Below are positions 60,438 to 64,000 of a stretch of 64,000 bases of DNA, in pieces. The number at the start of each line of letters is the position of its first letter. Position 1 is the first letter of the stretch. This stretch comes from Halobacteriales archaeon SW_7_65_23. GTDB taxonomy: Archaea > Halobacteriota > Halobacteria > Halobacteriales > Haloarculaceae. Location of the stretch: contig PXSQ01000028.1 of assembly GCA_003022725.1 (NCBI GenBank), positions 5,123-69,122 on the forward strand, read 5' to 3'. The notes beneath the pieces were generated by a model. It was given only the letters and a program-made list of their open reading frames with translations, ran no database searches and was not told the DNA's origin. Made by a program: the position numbers and the translations under genes.

Positions 60438-62462
60438 ATGATCCTCTCGGACGCGGACATCCGCCGCCGGCTCGAGAACGGCGACCTGGGCATCGACCCA
60501 CTTGCGGACCCCAACCTGCAGATCCAGCCCGCGAGCGTCGACCTCCGCCTTGGACGGGAGTTCCTGGAGTTCCAGCACACGAACATCCCCTGTATCCACC
60601 CCGACAGCGAGCAGGAAATCGACGAGTACGTCGACGAGACGGTCGTCGAGGAGGACGAGGAGTTCATCCTCCACCCCGGCGACTTCGTGCTCGGCACCAC
60701 CGTCGAGCGCGTCGAGATTCCACCCGATCTCATTGCCCACGTCGAGGGGCGATCATCGCTGGGCCGTCTTGCGATCGTCGTCCACGCCTCGCTCCCCTAC
60801 GACGAAGAGGTGTTCCTGTGGACGCCCGAAGACGGCTTCGGCTTTTACAAAATCGGGGATGTCGTGGAGAACGAACGACCTGCACGCGCCGTTGCGTTCG
60901 ACCCACAGACGTTGCGGGTGAGTACACACCGGGTGACAGACCATATCACGAATCCGACGAAGCGAATCTACCGAGTGAGACTCAAGTCTGGCCGGGAGGT
61001 TCACGTCACAAAAGACCACAACCTCTTCACGCTCGACGATCACGGTGGTGTCACCCGGATTGCCAGTGAAGATGCCGAGGGACAACACGTGATGGTGCCG
61101 GCGACACTGCCGGATTCTCCCGGAGGGACAGGAACAATCGACCTGCTTGACGTACTCGACCCCGAGGAAACGACACTGTATGCCAGCGACGGGTTCGGCG
61201 AGGTCGACTGGTCGAGCGTTCCAGCCGGATCGAGACGGCACTACAAAGCACAGAACAGCGTGCCGATGGATGCACTCCCGAGAACGGAGACGCCGGACCA
61301 GATCGAGGTCGCATTCAAACAGAGTGATACGAAACTCCCGCGTCATCTGACGCTGTCACCGGAGTTCGGCTGGGCGCTCGGTTTCTACATCGTGGAGGGA
61401 TCGGCACGGCGGAAACAGCTCCAAGTGGCCAATACCCAACGGGAGCATCTCGACCGTTTCGCCGAGTTCTTCGACCAGTACGATACGAGTCTCTCGTGGT
61501 ACGAGAACGACCGCATCACGAAACTGACGGTCTGCTCGGCGCTCTGGTCGAAGGTGTTCCGCGAACTCGCCGGCTCCGGTCAGGACAAGACGATTCCGGA
61601 GTGTGCGTTCGACTGGCCGACTGACGTACTGCACACACTGCTTGCGGGTCTGCTCGACGGGGATGGCTGTCGCCGAGACACGCGCGATACGCTCTACACG
61701 GCGAACCCCGACCTCGCAAATCGTGCGGCCCATCTCGGAACGCGCCTTGATCTATTGACATCCATTTACAGCCGGGAACGCGAGACGCATATCCCGATGA
61801 GCGACGTCGATTGGTCGGGCGAGATGTGGGCTGTCGATTTCAGAGCGGATGCCCACAAGTGCGGCCAGTACGTCCCCGTCCCGAACGAACTACTGCGCGA
61901 GTACAGAGAACGGGCAGAGATGCGGATGATCGACGCGGCGAAGGCGATGGGCTACTCTTCGAAGTCGAGCATTTCGAACGTCGAAAACGAGGAGTACGGA
62001 ACCGTCAAACGCGAAACGCTCGAACGGTTCCGTGATGCTTACGCCGAGGCAGGAGTCGACACGAGCCGTCTCGACCAGCTACTCGACGGTGGCGTTCGGT
62101 TCGAGGAGGTCGTTGCCGTCAAGGAAACCAACCGCGTCGAACCGACCTACGACCTCGAAGTACAGCCCGACGGACAAACGATCGAGAACTTCCTCGGTGG
62201 TCGAGGTGGGATCTTCCTCTCGAACACTGCCGGTCTCTGCGATCCTGGATACCAGGGCCAAATTACCCTCGAACTGTCGAACCTCGGAGCCGCACCAGTC
62301 GCGCTCGCGCCGGGCATGCGCATCTCCCAGCTGACGTTCACCGAACTCTCCTCCCCGGCAGAGCGGCCCTACGGCGCGGAGCGCGGCTCGAAGTACCAGG
62401 ACCAGTCCGGGCCGCAGGCCTCCCGGATCGGCGGCGACAGGGAGTTCGGTGGTGAGCAATGA
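60438..62462 (+). CDS. dcd: dCTP deaminase interrupted by an intein (mature protein ~195 aa)
   Basis: [28 protein letters not shown] | [22 protein letters not shown]...SKYQ. Confidence 0.92.
   Translation: MILSDADIRRRLENGDLGIDPLADPNLQIQPASVDLRLGREFLEFQHTNIPCIHPDSEQEIDEYVDETVVEEDEEFILHPGDFVLGTTVERVEIPPDLIAHVEGRSSLGRLAIVVHASLPYDEEVFLWTPEDGFGFYKIGDVVENERPARAVAFDPQTLRVSTHRVTDHITNPTKRIYRVRLKSGREVHVTKDHNLFTLDDHGGVTRIASEDAEGQHVMVPATLPDSPGGTGTIDLLDVLDPEETTLYASDGFGEVDWSSVPAGSRRHYKAQNSVPMDALPRTETPDQIEVAFKQSDTKLPRHLTLSPEFGWALGFYIVEGSARRKQLQVANTQREHLDRFAEFFDQYDTSLSWYENDRITKLTVCSALWSKVFRELAGSGQDKTIPECAFDWPTDVLHTLLAGLLDGDGCRRDTRDTLYTANPDLANRAAHLGTRLDLLTSIYSRERETHIPMSDVDWSGEMWAVDFRADAHKCGQYVPVPNELLREYRERAEMRMIDAAKAMGYSSKSSISNVENEEYGTVKRETLERFRDAYAEAGVDTSRLDQLLDGGVRFEEVVAVKETNRVEPTYDLEVQPDGQTIENFLGGRGGIFLSNTAGLCDPGYQGQITLELSNLGAAPVALAPGMRISQLTFTELSSPAERPYGAERGSKYQDQSGPQASRIGGDREFGGEQ
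60789..62225 (+). mobile_element. Intein (479 aa) with LAGLIDADG homing endonuclease and an XRE-type HTH insert
   Basis: Starts SLPYD; block B VTKDHNLF; LGFYIVEGS and LAGLLDGDG; block F TYDLEV; ends FLSN before Thr+1; less GC-biased codons. Confidence 0.9.
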
Positions 62463-63358
62463 AGTTCATCGAGGAGATCGCGGTCGAGGAGTTCCTCCCC
62501 ACGTTCCGGTCGCTGCTGGCGGAGGCGCTCCGCGCGGAGGGGCTGACCCAGAATGAGGTCGCGACGCTGCTTGGAATCAGCCAGAGTGCCGTCTCGAAAT
62601 ACGTCCACGGCGAAGTCGACCGCAACGAGCGGCTGCTGGCCGACGGGGAGCTGCAGGAGCTCGTAGAGCGGCTGGCCGACGGGCTGACCGACGGCGAAAT
62701 GACGCCCGTCGAAGCACTGATCGAGGCGGAGGTCTGCATCCGCAAGCTCGAACGCGGCGGGGCGCTCGCGGAACTTCACGCCGAGGCAGTGCCGGAGCTG
62801 GCCGAGTTCGACGGCGAGTTCGCGATCCACGACCCCGACAGCCGGCTGCGCGAAACCGGCCAGGTGAGAGCGTCGGTCCGCCGGGGGCTGCGGATCCTCC
62901 GCAACACCGAGTCGTTCGCCCGGCAGATCCCCGCGGTGGGGTCGAACCTCGTGGAGTGTCTCTCCGACGCCGAGACGATCGACGACGTCGCCGGCGTGCC
63001 GGGCCGTCTGCTCGCGGTGCGCGGGCAGGTGACGATCCCCGGCGAGCCGGAGTTCGGCGTCAGCCAGCACGTCGCCGGCGTCCTGCTGTCGGCCCGCGAG
63101 AACGGCAGCGACGCGCGCGCGGCGCTGAACGTCACCTACTCCGAGGCGCTGCGTGACGCGCTCGCGGCACAGGGGCGCACCCCCGCGGAGTTCGACGCCG
63201 AGCGCGACGTCGACGAGGCGATCGCCGACGCGCTCGCCGCCGAACCTGACGCGGACGTCCTGTACCAGACCGGCGGCTTCGGCATCGAACCGGCGCTGTA
63301 CATCCTCGGCCTGGACGCCCCCGCGGTCGCGACCGCACTCCGCGAGTGTGCGGGCTAA
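62459..63358 (+). CDS. thiR: HTH + ThiN-domain protein (ThiR regulator / thiamine-phosphate synthase)
   Basis: [23 protein letters not shown]; [31 protein letters not shown]; overlaps the dcd stop. Confidence 0.82.
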   Translation: MKFIEEIAVEEFLPTFRSLLAEALRAEGLTQNEVATLLGISQSAVSKYVHGEVDRNERLLADGELQELVERLADGLTDGEMTPVEALIEAEVCIRKLERGGALAELHAEAVPELAEFDGEFAIHDPDSRLRETGQVRASVRRGLRILRNTESFARQIPAVGSNLVECLSDAETIDDVAGVPGRLLAVRGQVTIPGEPEFGVSQHVAGVLLSARENGSDARAALNVTYSEALRDALAAQGRTPAEFDAERDVDEAIADALAAEPDADVLYQTGGFGIEPALYILGLDAPAVATALRECAG

Positions 63359-63361
63359 GCG

Positions 63362-64000
63362 ATGTCGGACGACGGCATCGACCTCACCCACACGTTCTAC
63401 GGCCGGTGTGCACAGCTGTACGACCTGGTCGCGAACGTCCCGGGCGTGCGCTCGTGGCGTGCCCGCGCGGCAGACGCGCTGGACCTCTCGCCGGGCGACA
63501 CCGTCGTCGAGATGGGCTGTGGCACCGGCGCGAACTTCCCACACCTCCGCGAGCGAGTCGGCCCCGAGGGTCGGGGCGTCGGCGTCGACGTCGTACCGGC
63601 GATGCTCGGGCAGGCCAGGCAGCGAATCGACCGCGCGGGGTGGTCGAACGTCCACGCCGTCCGCGGGGACGCCCGGCGGCCGCCGGTCGCCGAGGCCGAC
63701 GCGGTCCTCTCGACGTTCCTCGTCGGGATGCTCGATTCGCCAGCGCCGGCGGTCCGCAAGCGGGTCACGCTGGTCCGGCCCGGCGGCCGGGTCGCGATGC
63801 TAAACGCCGGCCGCAGCGACCGCGCCGCGGCACTCCCGGTGAACCTGCTGCTGCGGGCGTTCGTCCGCCTGACAGCACCGGGTCACCGGACGACCGCCCG
63901 CGCGCCGATCCGCTCGCTCGAAGCCCGCTGGACCGAGGCCCGGGAGGCGCTGCTCGAGGGAACCGTCGACCACCGCGAGGATCGGTTCGGGCTGGGTATC
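63362..64000 (+). CDS. Class I SAM-dependent methyltransferase (runs off the window end)
   Basis: Hand translation from ATG 63362: ...GDTVVEMGCGTGAN...GVDVVPAML...RGDA...RPGGR. Confidence 0.85.
   Translation, partial: MSDDGIDLTHTFYGRCAQLYDLVANVPGVRSWRARAADALDLSPGDTVVEMGCGTGANFPHLRERVGPEGRGVGVDVVPAMLGQARQRIDRAGWSNVHAVRGDARRPPVAEADAVLSTFLVGMLDSPAPAVRKRVTLVRPGGRVAMLNAGRSDRAAALPVNLLLRAFVRLTAPGHRTTARAPIRSLEARWTEAREALLEGTVDHREDRFGLGI

Overview
High-GC haloarchaeal (Halobacteria-type) chromosomal DNA with an acidic proteome. The first ~5 kb is much lower in GC and encodes a Tat lipoprotein and a large Cys-rich secreted protein of DPANN/nanohaloarchaeal character. That segment is fused abruptly to the last 60 codons of aspS, so it is either a chimeric join or an insertion. 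Recognisable genes include glyoxylate-cycle aceB/aceA, a thiamine ABC transporter, an aldehyde dehydrogenase, pantoate kinase, phosphopantothenate synthetase, thi4, endA (frameshifted), an intein-containing dcd and thiR/thiN. From ~22 to 44.5 kb lies an accessory block of small stress-type genes: four Gln-rich proteins, a copper-storage four-helix bundle, CBS, PRC-barrel, dodecin-like, DUF1328 and DUF4112 proteins, a catalytically dead proteasome-beta paralogue, a degenerate KaiC and an NAD kinase-phosphatase fusion. The strongest non-coding signal is a diverse family of short inverted-repeat elements (at least 14 full or partial copies, 6 subfamilies). They have 15-bp TIRs and a 3-bp TGA/TCA target duplication, often use gene stop codons as targets, fall into fixed lengths of 108-109 or 80 bp despite dissimilar interiors, and insert into each other. 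Many genes carry short internal deletions, so assembly artefact must be excluded. No rRNA, tRNA or CRISPR array was seen. All family names come from motif recognition by eye, not database searches.
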